DNA of 63,371 nucleotides, filler included, from a bacterium UBP13_UBA5359 (GTDB taxonomy: Bacteria; UBP13; UBA5359), in assembly GCA_002410925.1 (NCBI GenBank). It is 3 parts of 3 records of this genome, joined end to end, with 100 filler letters (N's around TTAATTAATTAA, not from the genome) between each part and the next. Parts side by side here need not be neighbours in the genome. Positions count along the whole stretch, not along the records: positions 32,952 to 63,371 come from DHPR01000026.1; 2 more parts are not named here. The stretch is one strand, 5' to 3'. Below the pieces are notes generated by a model that saw nothing but the letters and a program-made list of their open reading frames with translations, was not told the DNA's origin and did no database searches. Position 1 is the first letter of the stretch. Each line of letters begins with the position of its first letter. The position numbers were made by a program, and so were the translations under genes. This document shows, one piece after another, positions 50,906 to 60,922 of this stretch.

Positions 50906-51581
50906 CTATATATGCCCCCTTATCTTCATCACGAACCAGGCGCCCATTTTGCAAGGCTATAACACGCTTTCGCATTCTATCCACTATACTCCTGTCATGA
51001 GTAGCCATTATTACGGTAGTCCCTTTGATATTAATGCGAGACAGCAGTTGGACAATATCCCAGGAGGTATCCGGATCCAGATTGCCGGTAGGCTCATCCG
51101 CAACCAGAATAACAGGATTATTAACTATAGCCCGGGCAATGCAAACACGCTGCTGCTCTCCAGCCGAGAGCTCGGTGGGAAGTGCGTCGGCCTTATGCAG
51201 CAAGCCTACGGAATCCAAAGCTTTGGCCGTCTGGCGTTTTACTTCCGTCCTGCCGACTCCTATAACATGCAAAGCAAAGGCTACATTATCCCAGGCCGTA
51301 CGCCTGGTAAGAAGCTTGAAATCCTGAAAGACAACGCCGATACCTCTTCGCAGATATGGTATCTGCCGGCGGGATATTCCGGTTATCTCTTTTCCGGCTA
51401 CAATTATCCTGCCGCTGGTGCAGACCTCTTCCCTGTATATAAGCTTTAGAATAGTGGATTTTCCACTGCCTGTCGGTCCTACTAAAAAGAGGAAGTCACC
51501 CTTTTCGATCTTTAAATCCAGATTCCTCAGAGCGGTCACACCATTGGGGTAAACAACGGAAACCCCTTGAAATGCTATCAC
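50895..51581 (-). CDS. ftsE: Cell division ATPase FtsE
   Basis: GPTGSGKST, IPYLRRGIGVVFQDF, ADEPTGNLD. Confidence 0.95.
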   Translation of the reverse strand: MIAFQGVSVVYPNGVTALRNLDLKIEKGDFLFLVGPTGSGKSTILKLIYREEVCTSGRIIVAGKEITGISRRQIPYLRRGIGVVFQDFKLLTRRTAWDNVAFALHVIGVGRTEVKRQTAKALDSVGLLHKADALPTELSAGEQQRVCIARAIVNNPVILVADEPTGNLDPDTSWDIVQLLSRINIKGTTVIMATHDRSIVDRMRKRVIALQNGRLVRDEDKGAYIGEL

Positions 51582-51748
51582 AAGAACATCACCTATCTCG
51601 AATGCAACCTTTGGATTTCAGAATGCGGCACAGTCCAGGCCCGTAATTCCGTCTTCCGAATTCCATAGCTGCATTTAAGCACTTATTATATATTACGTAT
51701 CCGACCCTCAGTTTGTTCTCTTATCATTCTGCAATCCGTATTCGCTAT

Positions 51749-51883
51749 TTAAAACGGCGGTGATGGAGGCGATACGGGAGGTGTTCCTCCTCCGCCACCA
51801 CAGCCTGTCAGAAAAAGGAAGACGGCCAAAGCCAGAATCACCAGTTGCCAACAATTAGAGGTCAGACACTTCCATCTCTTCAC
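51749..51883 (-). CDS. Very small predicted lipoprotein (44 aa)
   Basis: GTG start with AGAGGTG RBS; MKRWK...LVILALAVFLFLTG-C lipobox then GGGGGTPPVSPPSPPF. Confidence 0.5.
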   Translation of the reverse strand: MKRWKCLTSNCWQLVILALAVFLFLTGCGGGGGTPPVSPPSPPF

Positions 51884-51890
51884 AGACCGT

Positions 51891-54566
51891 TCACCTCTTC
51901 GCTCTATTTGATATACTTCCGGTCGAAACCTGCCGCGGTAACAGAAACCGGACCTGCTTTTCATTAGCTTTGTCGTTAACATTACTGCTATCGGATTCAG
52001 AAACATCCCTAATTATACCATGCCGCCCATTATCTTCCAAAGAAGCCTTCGTACCCGCCTCAATACGAAGATGTCGAAGACCGTTAACAGAGGTGATTGT
52101 ATAATTACTCTCCTGCAACATATTTACACGCCGGCCACTATCACCATCCACCAGAAAAAGCTCAGAGGGCTTCTTTCCCCATGAGGAGAGCTCCCAGGAA
52201 AGCGTTACCGGCCCGCCGGCTTCAATACCATACAGCATCATCTCCCAGCGCTGAGAGATACCGGAGATACTCGATCCAAAAGAGAAACGCTCATTGATAG
52301 TATTGCCGCCCCTTATATCACTATCCATAAAAACTTTGGCACCGTTATGGCTGCCGGCGATGCCCAGATAGAGCATATTCTGCAATGCCGGAGGTTTCAA
52401 AATCCTGAGCTGGCCGGATATTCCTTCCACACCCAGCCTGACACTGTCGCTCTGCCCCGGTACTGCAGCCGTAATTTCCAGAGACCAGGATGGATCAACC
52501 CTTTGTAAAACATGACGACGCGGCAAAACAACCGGACAAATATTCGTTGCGGCTGCAATTGCAAAGGATGTAGAGGCTGGAGACGGAAAGATAAGCTCTG
52601 CTGATATGTTTGAGTATACCCAGTAACCTGACCAGGGCTGCAAATAGGTGGTGGATCCACCCGAAGGCGCCACCAGATTATAGCGTCCTCCGGCATAATA
52701 CCAGCCGTAATTCTCTACCCAGCGAGATGAAGCAGCAGCCGCGATGGTTTTGGTGACAAAACCCTGTTTTACTAGAAGAGAGCTCCAGGGCAGAATATAA
52801 TTATATGGCAGTCCAACTTGATTCCAGCCAGGGCTTAGGGGCATTGAATAAGCTTCTTCAATCAGGTGGCCGGTGGCGGTTATATTCCTGGGAGAAGTCA
52901 GCTTGATCCAGTACCCGATACCCGGCTGAATAGATTGAAGAGAAGAGCCCTCGCTGTAATAAATATAACTGCCGCTGGTCGGATTCCATAAAGCCGCATC
53001 CTCCCCCGCCGTTGTATTAAGCATCAAAAGCCGCAGTGTATCTGAATCTGATGGCTGATAAGGAAAGGAAATCAGGCTCACGCCGGCCGGAAACTCATGA
53101 ATCAAAGGAGGATCGATAATCAAAGAGAGCTGCTTGTCAGCTGTCTTTGAAAGGGCATCCCTGACCCTGACGATGAAGCTGCCGCTGCCGGCCCGGGTTG
53201 GGGTACCGGAGATCACACCAGCAGCAGACAATGTTAATCCCAACGGCAGGCTGCCTGAAAGCAAAGACCAGGTATAAGGCTCGGTTCCACCGAAAGCCGC
53301 TAACGTCTGTTCGTAGGCCATGCCCTCTCTTCCTGCCGGCAGAGAGGATGTAGCTACGGTCAAAGGTACCCCAGGTACGGCCTGCAAAGAGGCAGAGGCA
53401 TTTATCAATCCGTATCCGGAAGCGATATCCACTCCGGGAGCATCGATATCGGTAGCGGTCGTTTTCAGAGCGGTTGCTATCTGAGCCGGGGTGAGAGCCG
53501 GATTAATCGACATCATCAGCGCTGCCAGACCGGATACATGCGGCGCAGCCATGGAGGTACCGGACATTATGTTGTAGCCGCTCAAAAAAGTGCTTTTGAT
53601 GCTGACGCCGGGAGCCGCCACATCCACATAATCGCCACGAATAGAAAAAACCGGCACTATGTTAGCACTGTCGGAGGCTGCCACCGCAATAACCTGCGGA
53701 TAAGCAGCCGGATAAAACGGTTCATCCGTCTCTCCCTTGGAGATAAGCTTGTTGCCGGCCGCCGCTACTACAACCACACCGGCATTGTAAGCTCTGTCAA
53801 CGGCCGCTTGAAGCAGGGAATCCGACGATTTGGTGCCCAGGCTGAGATTAATGACATCGGCACCCTGATCTACAGCCAGATCTACAGCTGAAATGATGCT
53901 GACGGTACTGCCTTCCCCTTTCTCATCAAGAATCCTTAACGGCATTATCCTGCATTGCCAGGCCACACCTGCCACTCCCAACGAATTGTTGGTAGCCGCG
54001 GCGGCTATACCGGCTACATGCGTACCGTGGCCGTTTTCATCATCAGGCAGATTATCGCCATCCACAAAATCATGCCAGGTGGAGGGCGCGGTCAATTTGC
54101 TTTGCAAATCGGGATGCGCCAGGGTTACGCCGCTATCAATAACAGCAATGACCACGGCAGCGTCACCCCTGGTAATATCCCAGGCGGCCGGCATGCCGAT
54201 CTTGGTCATATTCCATTGGTCTGCAAAATCAGTATCGTTGGGGATGGCCAATGCGCGATAGATGTAATTAGGTTGGGCTATAAGAACATCGGGATTGCTT
54301 TCCAGCGAAGATATAGCCTGCTCCACTCTTTCAGTTCCTGGCAGGCGCAGCTTGAAGATATTTCTCTGTAATAATCTGCTGCTTTTGGCACCCATGCGTT
54401 TTATGATTTCATTACGCCTGCTCTCCGTAACTCCATCATGAAAACGTACCAGCACTTCTCCCTGAACATACTCTCCCTCGGAAAACGCAGTCTGACCGCT
54501 ACTCGCAACCGTACATAGAAGTAGAAATGACAGTGCAATATAGAGGTGAAGTCGCTTTATATTCAA
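51891..54566 (-). CDS. Secreted S8 subtilisin-like protease with Ig-like and beta-rich C-terminal domains
   Basis: Signal peptide; VIDSG, HGTHVAG, GTSMAAPHV triad; LPAG...GGTEPYTWS...LPLGL Ig-like repeat. Confidence 0.92.
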   Translation of the reverse strand: MNIKRLHLYIALSFLLLCTVASSGQTAFSEGEYVQGEVLVRFHDGVTESRRNEIIKRMGAKSSRLLQRNIFKLRLPGTERVEQAISSLESNPDVLIAQPNYIYRALAIPNDTDFADQWNMTKIGMPAAWDITRGDAAVVIAVIDSGVTLAHPDLQSKLTAPSTWHDFVDGDNLPDDENGHGTHVAGIAAAATNNSLGVAGVAWQCRIMPLRILDEKGEGSTVSIISAVDLAVDQGADVINLSLGTKSSDSLLQAAVDRAYNAGVVVVAAAGNKLISKGETDEPFYPAAYPQVIAVAASDSANIVPVFSIRGDYVDVAAPGVSIKSTFLSGYNIMSGTSMAAPHVSGLAALMMSINPALTPAQIATALKTTATDIDAPGVDIASGYGLINASASLQAVPGVPLTVATSSLPAGREGMAYEQTLAAFGGTEPYTWSLLSGSLPLGLTLSAAGVISGTPTRAGSGSFIVRVRDALSKTADKQLSLIIDPPLIHEFPAGVSLISFPYQPSDSDTLRLLMLNTTAGEDAALWNPTSGSYIYYSEGSSLQSIQPGIGYWIKLTSPRNITATGHLIEEAYSMPLSPGWNQVGLPYNYILPWSSLLVKQGFVTKTIAAAASSRWVENYGWYYAGGRYNLVAPSGGSTTYLQPWSGYWVYSNISAELIFPSPASTSFAIAAATNICPVVLPRRHVLQRVDPSWSLEITAAVPGQSDSVRLGVEGISGQLRILKPPALQNMLYLGIAGSHNGAKVFMDSDIRGGNTINERFSFGSSISGISQRWEMMLYGIEAGGPVTLSWELSSWGKKPSELFLVDGDSGRRVNMLQESNYTITSVNGLRHLRIEAGTKASLEDNGRHGIIRDVSESDSSNVNDKANEKQVRFLLPRQVSTGSISNRAKR

Positions 54567-54775
54567 AACTCTCTCCTTCTCGGTTTAAGATCTGCACCCT
54601 CTATCCGAAAACCGTGTGAAAACAGGCTACAAAAGGCTCAAACCGTAACAGCCCGCATTATAACATACCCCCTATGAGGCAACAACAAACAATCCTTTAC
54701 ACCGGCTTCTACTCTTTCAGAGGTCTGGTATTGGCTTTTAGCGTTCTGAAAGAATGCCGAATAAAACACCAGCCC

Positions 54776-55858
54776 CTACCCTCTTCCAGCAACCGCTTCT
54801 CTGACCCCGGCTTCAGCCAGATATCTAAACTCCAAAGCCAGCCTTTCCAGCCGGGAGACCATTTCTTCCTTCCGCTTCCAGGCCTCCTTCAGAGCTTCAA
54901 GCAGAGTATCCTCATCCAGTTCACTCACCATACCGGCCGAGGGAATACCCAGCTGGCCGGCAATGGCCGTAATCTTAGGATCGTATTCCAGGGCCAGCGA
55001 TGGTACTGCACCCATAGCAGCAAATACCAGCGAGTGAAAACGCATACCGACAAGAAAATCGGCAGCAGAAATAATATTCTTTATATCCGCAGAAGAGACC
55101 TCTTCATCCAGTACCTGCCCCATGCCGGCACAACGACAGGCATCCAGGCAGGCCGCCCTGTCCTGCGATGCCTGAAAGGGCACAAAGAGAAGCCCGCACC
55201 CTGAAACAGCGGCAAACCGCCCCAGAGCTCTGCCGGATACAGCCAGATGCCTGTTATCACCCCAGGGTCTGAGAGATACGGCTATCCAGGGCTTATTACC
55301 ATTGAGCCCGTTAGCTTCCAGCAGACTTCTTCCTGCCTCCCTGTTTGGTTCTTTACCGGACAGAGCCAAATCTACCGTCACGCGAATACGATCGGAAGGA
55401 TAGCCAAGCTCTGTTAACAGCACTGCCGACGCCTTATCCCGCACCACGGCCTGAGAAATAAAAGGTAGAAGCAAACGGGCCAAAAAACGTGTTGCAGCTC
55501 TATTCAGCGGACCTATACTCTGACCCAGTATAATTACCGGTGTGCCGACAAGACGCGACAAAGCCGCCAACCCCAGATAATACGGAACGCTGGCCGGGCC
55601 GGTGACATCCTGCAGCAGTCCGCCACCTCCGCTTATCAACAAATCGGCCTGCCGCAACGCTGCTATGATCGCCCTCAGATTGTAGCGCGGCACAGCCTCC
55701 ACCCCATACTGCCGGGCAGTACCGGCTGGATCGAAAGAGAGCACCGTAATGGCCGTATCAGGCGCCAGCTTGCGAATCGAAATGATCAGAGCGTCGAGTA
55801 TAGCCTCGTCTCCCGCATTGCCCGCCCCGTAGAAACCCGATACAACAAGATGCTTCAT
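54776..55858 (-). CDS. csaB: Polysaccharide pyruvyl transferase
   Basis: GFYGAGNAGDEA, GGGGLLQDVT, QSIGP, VRD, GMRFH, YDPK. Confidence 0.88.
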   Translation of the reverse strand: MKHLVVSGFYGAGNAGDEAILDALIISIRKLAPDTAITVLSFDPAGTARQYGVEAVPRYNLRAIIAALRQADLLISGGGGLLQDVTGPASVPYYLGLAALSRLVGTPVIILGQSIGPLNRAATRFLARLLLPFISQAVVRDKASAVLLTELGYPSDRIRVTVDLALSGKEPNREAGRSLLEANGLNGNKPWIAVSLRPWGDNRHLAVSGRALGRFAAVSGCGLLFVPFQASQDRAACLDACRCAGMGQVLDEEVSSADIKNIISAADFLVGMRFHSLVFAAMGAVPSLALEYDPKITAIAGQLGIPSAGMVSELDEDTLLEALKEAWKRKEEMVSRLERLALEFRYLAEAGVREAVAGRG

Positions 55859-57849
55859 CGGCTGTCACGTCCCGGTAAAAGATACACAGCTGTCAGTAGA
55901 ATAAGCATACCTATAAGGCTGCCAAGCCAGAGACCGTTGAAGCTTCTAAGCAGTGTCAGGGATAAAGGGGTATGAATATGACAGAAACTGTTGAAGAGAG
56001 AGATCTGCCCCACTGCTCCGATAAAGAGCAGCCATGAGCGCATATTATCCCCGCCCGGAAGAGAGCCCATGCCCAAAGCCAACAGGGATGCAGGGTGGCC
56101 TAACAGGAACTCTTTTATCCTGGGACGTGCTATCAGTAGCTTTTCCAAGAGTGCCCTGGCCTTCAGTTCAAACCCGGAAACAGCTATGCCGCTATCATTT
56201 CCGGTACGCATGAGATAAAGCAATCCGGCCATAGCCACCAACCCCAGCAAGCCTGCCTGCCCCCAAAGCAACGGCCTGTCTGATAATGATTTCCATAGCT
56301 GCCGCCGAGAGGATGATATACTCTGTAAATTATTATGCATCAGCAGATAAAGAGCCATCAAGAGCGGTAGCAGATGAGCCAGCTTAACACCGGCAAACCT
56401 ATCGATACCCAGCATAAAGCTCCGGTCAGCCATCAATCCCGCCCCTATCAAAGCCCCAACGATCGTTATCAAAGAAGCTGTCCACAGAGTAGATAATGCT
56501 AAACCCGAAAGACTAAACCTTCCTGAATCCTCTTTGCCTTGGCACCTCTGCGCCTTGGCACTTAAAGAAATCATTCGTCTGTTCATAAAAGTCAGCGCCA
56601 GAGAAGGAAAGACCACAGCCGTACTCAGAGCTCCCACTTTGCGGAAAAGCATAGGTGCCATCACCGCTACCGGCAGCAGTAAGAGAGCCAGGGCAGCCGC
56701 CTGATAGAAACGCAGAGCACTGCCCAAAGATCTTAGCAACAGAGCAAAGGCTGCCAGAACTCCCAGCGATAATAACCAGGGGATTAGCGTCCGGCTGCCC
56801 GGGAAGACCAAGCCGGAGCGCAGCACAGGCAGAGTAGCCGGACGGCCGATATTATATCCCATACTCAGCAAACGTTCCTTGACAGCTAACAGATAATCCA
56901 TATTGCTGGCAAGAGGGTCCAGGCCGGCCTGATTAGGCAGGAAACGCAAATAACAGAGCCGGATATTCCTCTCCTGAACAGCACGAGCATAGCGATCCAC
57001 CGCCTGAGCGGGCGACATTGTCTTCATCTCTTCGGGCGCTATGCTGTGTACTCTGATGACCTCCCCCTTCATAAGCCGTGCTAAAGAGGCCTCGCCCTTC
57101 TGCCTGGAGAACTCCACCTGGCCGAAGCGCAATTCTTCAGCTCTCAAAGCAGCTGCAGTCTGAGGCAGAAGCCTGGCATAGCCCATAACCTCTTCACCAC
57201 CAAAGATAAGGACATTGAATTTATATTCAGCCAAGCCGGCGAAATTCAGGTCCTCAGCCTGAAGTGAGGGATAATTATAAAAACGCGGAATTATTTCAAA
57301 CCCTCTTGACAGCAGATAACGGCTCTCATTCGGAAGAATACCTATCCCCAGAGAAGCTAGGCTCTCCAGCCGGCCCGACAGCCCTGCATAGTAAAGGCGG
57401 CCCTCGCATCCCGTGAGCAAAGATGAAGACCACTTGCGCTGCAGAGCAGATACCATCTGATGGTAAAGAGCCTCATCATAAGTACCCAGGAAGAGACGCC
57501 CTATCGGATGGCTACCGGCAGCAGCATTTGCAGGCGTGGTCAGAAAAACTCTCCCATCCTCCATAAGATCGCCAATGGTGGGTTCACTGAGAGCTATAGT
57601 GCGCAGATTATGGTGATGCATGAGCTCCAGAGCCTTTTCAAGGCTCCTTTCATCTTCACCCAGAGCATCCTTGATAGAGTTCCAATCAACCGCCAATGAA
57701 ACTATACGGTTATTTTGCTCTGCAGACCACCGTCCTGCCAGAAGCGTAAGCGCTATAATAAATGACAGTGCTATCATGATGATAGGAAGTATATGCGGCA
57801 ACTTCGGTTTTTTATCGCCCTTGCTGCCCGGAAAACTATGCTCGTTCAT
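55855..57849 (-). CDS. DUF5693-like membrane protein (usual csaB neighbour)
   Basis: RAVQERNIR, FAGVK, RTGN, RPRIKEFLLGHP, NSFCHIHTP motifs. Confidence 0.8.
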   Translation of the reverse strand: MNEHSFPGSKGDKKPKLPHILPIIMIALSFIIALTLLAGRWSAEQNNRIVSLAVDWNSIKDALGEDERSLEKALELMHHHNLRTIALSEPTIGDLMEDGRVFLTTPANAAAGSHPIGRLFLGTYDEALYHQMVSALQRKWSSSLLTGCEGRLYYAGLSGRLESLASLGIGILPNESRYLLSRGFEIIPRFYNYPSLQAEDLNFAGLAEYKFNVLIFGGEEVMGYARLLPQTAAALRAEELRFGQVEFSRQKGEASLARLMKGEVIRVHSIAPEEMKTMSPAQAVDRYARAVQERNIRLCYLRFLPNQAGLDPLASNMDYLLAVKERLLSMGYNIGRPATLPVLRSGLVFPGSRTLIPWLLSLGVLAAFALLLRSLGSALRFYQAAALALLLLPVAVMAPMLFRKVGALSTAVVFPSLALTFMNRRMISLSAKAQRCQGKEDSGRFSLSGLALSTLWTASLITIVGALIGAGLMADRSFMLGIDRFAGVKLAHLLPLLMALYLLMHNNLQSISSSRRQLWKSLSDRPLLWGQAGLLGLVAMAGLLYLMRTGNDSGIAVSGFELKARALLEKLLIARPRIKEFLLGHPASLLALGMGSLPGGDNMRSWLLFIGAVGQISLFNSFCHIHTPLSLTLLRSFNGLWLGSLIGMLILLTAVYLLPGRDSR

Positions 57850-57899
57850 GTACAACTCCTGTATACGATAATACATTGATTTTAGCATTGGGCGGGTAT

Positions 57900-57930
57900 A
57901 AAAAAAACCCCCGGTTTCCCGGGGGCTTTT
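57900..57930 (-). terminator. Intrinsic terminator after porin-like gene 1
   Basis: CCCCCGG-TTTC-CCGGGGG stem flanked by an A run (U tail on the minus strand). Confidence 0.8.
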
Positions 57931-57948
57931 CAGCTCATCAACTTTTGC

Positions 57949-58794
57949 TTAAAAAGTGGTCTTCAAGGCAGCTTCGAAACCGGTACCAAGAATTGGTCCG
58001 TTAACGAACATAGCACGCAGATTAGCGTTATCGTTAATTTTGTAAGAAAAGCCGACTTTATTGCTATCATACGAAGTTCCGTCGTAATCAGCATTATAAT
58101 AGTTGACAAAGAAGGTGGTCTTGTCGCTATAGGCATACTCGCCACCCAGGAAGAAATCCTTCTCCTTAAAGTTACCGTAGTCATTGGCAAAGAGATACTC
58201 CGCCTTCAGGCCGAAAGGCCCGATGCCGGTGCTGGCATCCACACCGAAGATATCGATTTCATCAGCAACATGAAAGGCAGTTGCCCCTACTCTGGCCAGG
58301 CGCATATCGGTATTGAGCTTCAGGCTCAAAGCATTATCAGCGCTGAGATCATTATCGCTGGTATAGGATAGATTGTAATCAAAAGCCCCTATCTTGCCCA
58401 GCACAGCAGCGCCGGTGCCATAGGTGTTTATGAACTCATTGAGTCCGATAGGCAGCCAGAACTGGCCGGCTCTTACCTCATTGATTACTCCGGCATTCGG
58501 CAAATAGGAACCGAAAACCTGATCAGCCGCCTGGAAAGTAACGTCGTAGGTATAGGTGAATCCCAGATTGTTACCGACCTTGCCATTCAGATTGACAAAG
58601 GAATACTCTGTAGGATGGGTTCCCCACCAAGCAGTAGTAGTAAAGGGTGAGTAGGTTTCAAAGGAATTGCTTCCTCCGGAAGGTGCCGCAAAGACTCCCC
58701 AGAATTCACCGTTAAAGGTAACGTCTACGTTCTGAGCCATGGCGGGCACTGCAAAGAGAGCCACCAGAGCTATGGCTAATACTATTCTTTTCAT
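57949..58794 (-). CDS. Porin-like outer-membrane beta-barrel protein, paralog 1
   Basis: Sec signal peptide ending AMA, alternating hydrophobic strands rich in G/Y/F/N, C-terminal Phe. Confidence 0.75.
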   Translation of the reverse strand: MKRIVLAIALVALFAVPAMAQNVDVTFNGEFWGVFAAPSGGSNSFETYSPFTTTAWWGTHPTEYSFVNLNGKVGNNLGFTYTYDVTFQAADQVFGSYLPNAGVINEVRAGQFWLPIGLNEFINTYGTGAAVLGKIGAFDYNLSYTSDNDLSADNALSLKLNTDMRLARVGATAFHVADEIDIFGVDASTGIGPFGLKAEYLFANDYGNFKEKDFFLGGEYAYSDKTTFFVNYYNADYDGTSYDSNKVGFSYKINDNANLRAMFVNGPILGTGFEAALKTTF

Positions 58795-59116
58795 TATTTT
58801 CCTCCTTGGTCTTTCTTTTATTTTGGACCAACAAGGAAGAGATCTTCATGCGAGTATCCTTGTTCCCTCGCCTTTCCTTATCCTTCCCCCATAGGTCCCT
58901 CTATTCACCATCTTTGCATCCGTGCCGGGCATCCAAGGATTTTCACCTCCCTTCCTCGCCCCACAGATTACGAATGGTAAATACCTTAACTATCCTTTTA
59001 GCATATTTTGACTATTATAGCAAGTGCTTGGATGCTGAGGCAAGTTGTTTGGGATGTAAGTCCGGTTGCAAGTTTAGGAGTCAGGAGACGGGAGTCAGGA
59101 GGGTTGAGGTCGGTTG
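58709..59116. repeat. Copy 1 of duplicated promoter + long 5' leader + signal-peptide segment
   Basis: Near-identical to 60020-60546; includes minus-strand TTGCCT (59043-59038) and TGcTATAAT (to 59014). Confidence 0.9.
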
Positions 59117-59156
59117 TTCAGTATATAAGCTCGTTTGCAGGCTCAGGAGTCAGGAC

Positions 59157-59188
59157 AAAGAGGCTCCGCCGGTTGGCGGAGCCTCTTT
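59157..59188 (-). terminator. Intrinsic terminator after porin-like gene 2
   Basis: AAAGAGGCTCCGCC-GGTT-GGCGGAGCCTCTTT perfect inverted repeat. Confidence 0.85.
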
Positions 59189-59211
59189 ACAGCCTTCCTA
59201 TAGCCCTTATC

Positions 59212-60105
59212 TTAGAAGCTGACCCGCAGTTGTGCCTCCAGGCCGTCTCCTGTCCAGATGTCATCCTTATCGCTGATATTCTCTACGCGAATCTTGGCAT
59301 TGTCGCTAAGAGCATAATCAGCGCCAAAGGCAAAGGCATTGAGGGAATCAATACCGTCATCCAGCAGATAATATTTGGCGAAGACCGACAGCGGTCCGGT
59401 TACCGGAACATTAGCGCCTACAAAACCGAGCTTTACATCATAACCGGTTTCCTGCAGGACAACATACTCGGCGGTTACACCAACGATGCCGGCATCAAAA
59501 GCGGCATTCAGACCCCAGGCGTTGAGATCTTTCCCTTTAGCATAGGAGAGGCCGGCGTTGACCGCGCCCAGGTCGGAAGAGACCTTGGCCCATACAGGCT
59601 TCTCACCCGTGTCCAAAAATGAAGGCCATCCCAGAGAATCCTCTTCATTGGTTACGGCCAGATTGTAGTTGATCGGTGCAAAGCTGCCGGAGAGCATAAC
59701 GCCGGCGCCGGTGGCAGATACAGGAAAAATTCCCTTGTGATATCCCAGCCACTGCTGAGCGGCAAAGGGGAAGGTGAACTCACCCACTCTGATCTCGCTG
59801 AGAGCAGGAGCCACGTTCAGCAGGCTGACATATGCCTCGCGGGTATACGGAGCATCATCAATGAAATCGTCCAAGCCCACCCTGTAGGTGAAGGCCAGAT
59901 TATCTCCGACTTTGGCGGTCATACTCAGATTGGAATACTCTCTGTCGAGAATGGAATAGAGTCCGAATTGCTCGTCGGCAGGAAAACCATCCCCGCTGAA
60001 ATATGTTCCGATCAGATCGCCGTTAAAGGTGACCTCTACGTTCTGAGCCATGGCGGGCACTGCAAAGAGGACCACCAAAGCTATGGCCAATACTATTCTT
60101 TTCAT
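59212..60105 (-). CDS. Porin-like outer-membrane beta-barrel protein, paralog 2
   Basis: Almost the same signal peptide and first strand as paralog 1 (MKRIVLAIALVxLFAVPAMAQNVxVTFNG); ends LRVSF. Confidence 0.75.
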   Translation of the reverse strand: MKRIVLAIALVVLFAVPAMAQNVEVTFNGDLIGTYFSGDGFPADEQFGLYSILDREYSNLSMTAKVGDNLAFTYRVGLDDFIDDAPYTREAYVSLLNVAPALSEIRVGEFTFPFAAQQWLGYHKGIFPVSATGAGVMLSGSFAPINYNLAVTNEEDSLGWPSFLDTGEKPVWAKVSSDLGAVNAGLSYAKGKDLNAWGLNAAFDAGIVGVTAEYVVLQETGYDVKLGFVGANVPVTGPLSVFAKYYLLDDGIDSLNAFAFGADYALSDNAKIRVENISDKDDIWTGDGLEAQLRVSF

Positions 60106-60546
60106 TATTTTCCTCCTTGGTCTTTCTTTTATTTTGGACCAACAAGGAAGAGATCTTCATGCGAGTATCCTTGTTCCCTCGCCTTTCCTTATCCTTCCCN
60201 NNNNNNNNNNNNNNNNNNNNNNNNNNNNNNNNNNNNNNNNNNNNNNNNNNNNNNNNNNNNNNNNNNNNNNNNNNNNNNNNNNNNNNNCCCTCGCCTTTCC
60301 TTATCCTTCCCTCATAGGTCCCTCTATTCACCATCCTTGCACCCGTGCCGGGCATCCAAGGATTTTCACCTCCCCTCCTCGCCCCACAGATTACGAATGG
60401 TAAATACCTTAACTATCCTTTTACCATATTTTGACTATTATAGCAAGTGCTTGGATGCTGAGGCAAGTTGTTTGGGATGTAAGTGCGTTTGCAAGTTTAG
60501 GAGTCAGAAGACGGGAGTCAGGAGGGTTGGGGTTGGGGTCGGTTGC
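60020..60546. repeat. Copy 2 of duplicated segment, interrupted by scaffold gap 60200-60287
   Basis: Same sequence as 58709-59116; CCCTCGCCTTTCCTTATCCTTCCC occurs on both sides of the gap. Confidence 0.85.
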
Positions 60547-60589
60547 TTAGTATTTAAGTGCGTTTGCAGGTTGGGGCGGGTTGTTTGGG

Positions 60590-60922
60590 ATTGGAGCACG
60601 TTTGCTGCCTTGCCTGACTGCAATCCGGCTATACTGTGCCCAGATATGTCCCTTTCGTATGCTCAATTGCCTGGGCACATTCCACAAGAGTGGCTCTCAG
60701 ATGCATGTTGCTCTTGCCGTTTTCCCACTCCTACGCTTGCCGGTACTTTTGTTGTTCCCAGAGCATACTCCCGCCTAGGATACAAGATGATCTGCCGTTG
60801 GAAATCTGCTCCTATCTATCCCTGTCTCGGCTATGATCTGCTCGGCTATCCATTCACCTATTCCAGGTATGCCATCTATAGCGGCAAGGGCCTTCTCAAA
60901 AGGGCGCATCCGCTCCTTATTC
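60590..60922 (-). pseudogene. IS110-family transposase C-terminal remnant
   Basis: Manual translation ERMRPFEKALAAIDGIPGIGEWIAEQIIAETGIDRSRFPTADHLVS*AGVCSGNNKSTGKRRSGKTARANMHLRATLVECAQA; in-frame stop at the conserved Trp. Confidence 0.85.
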
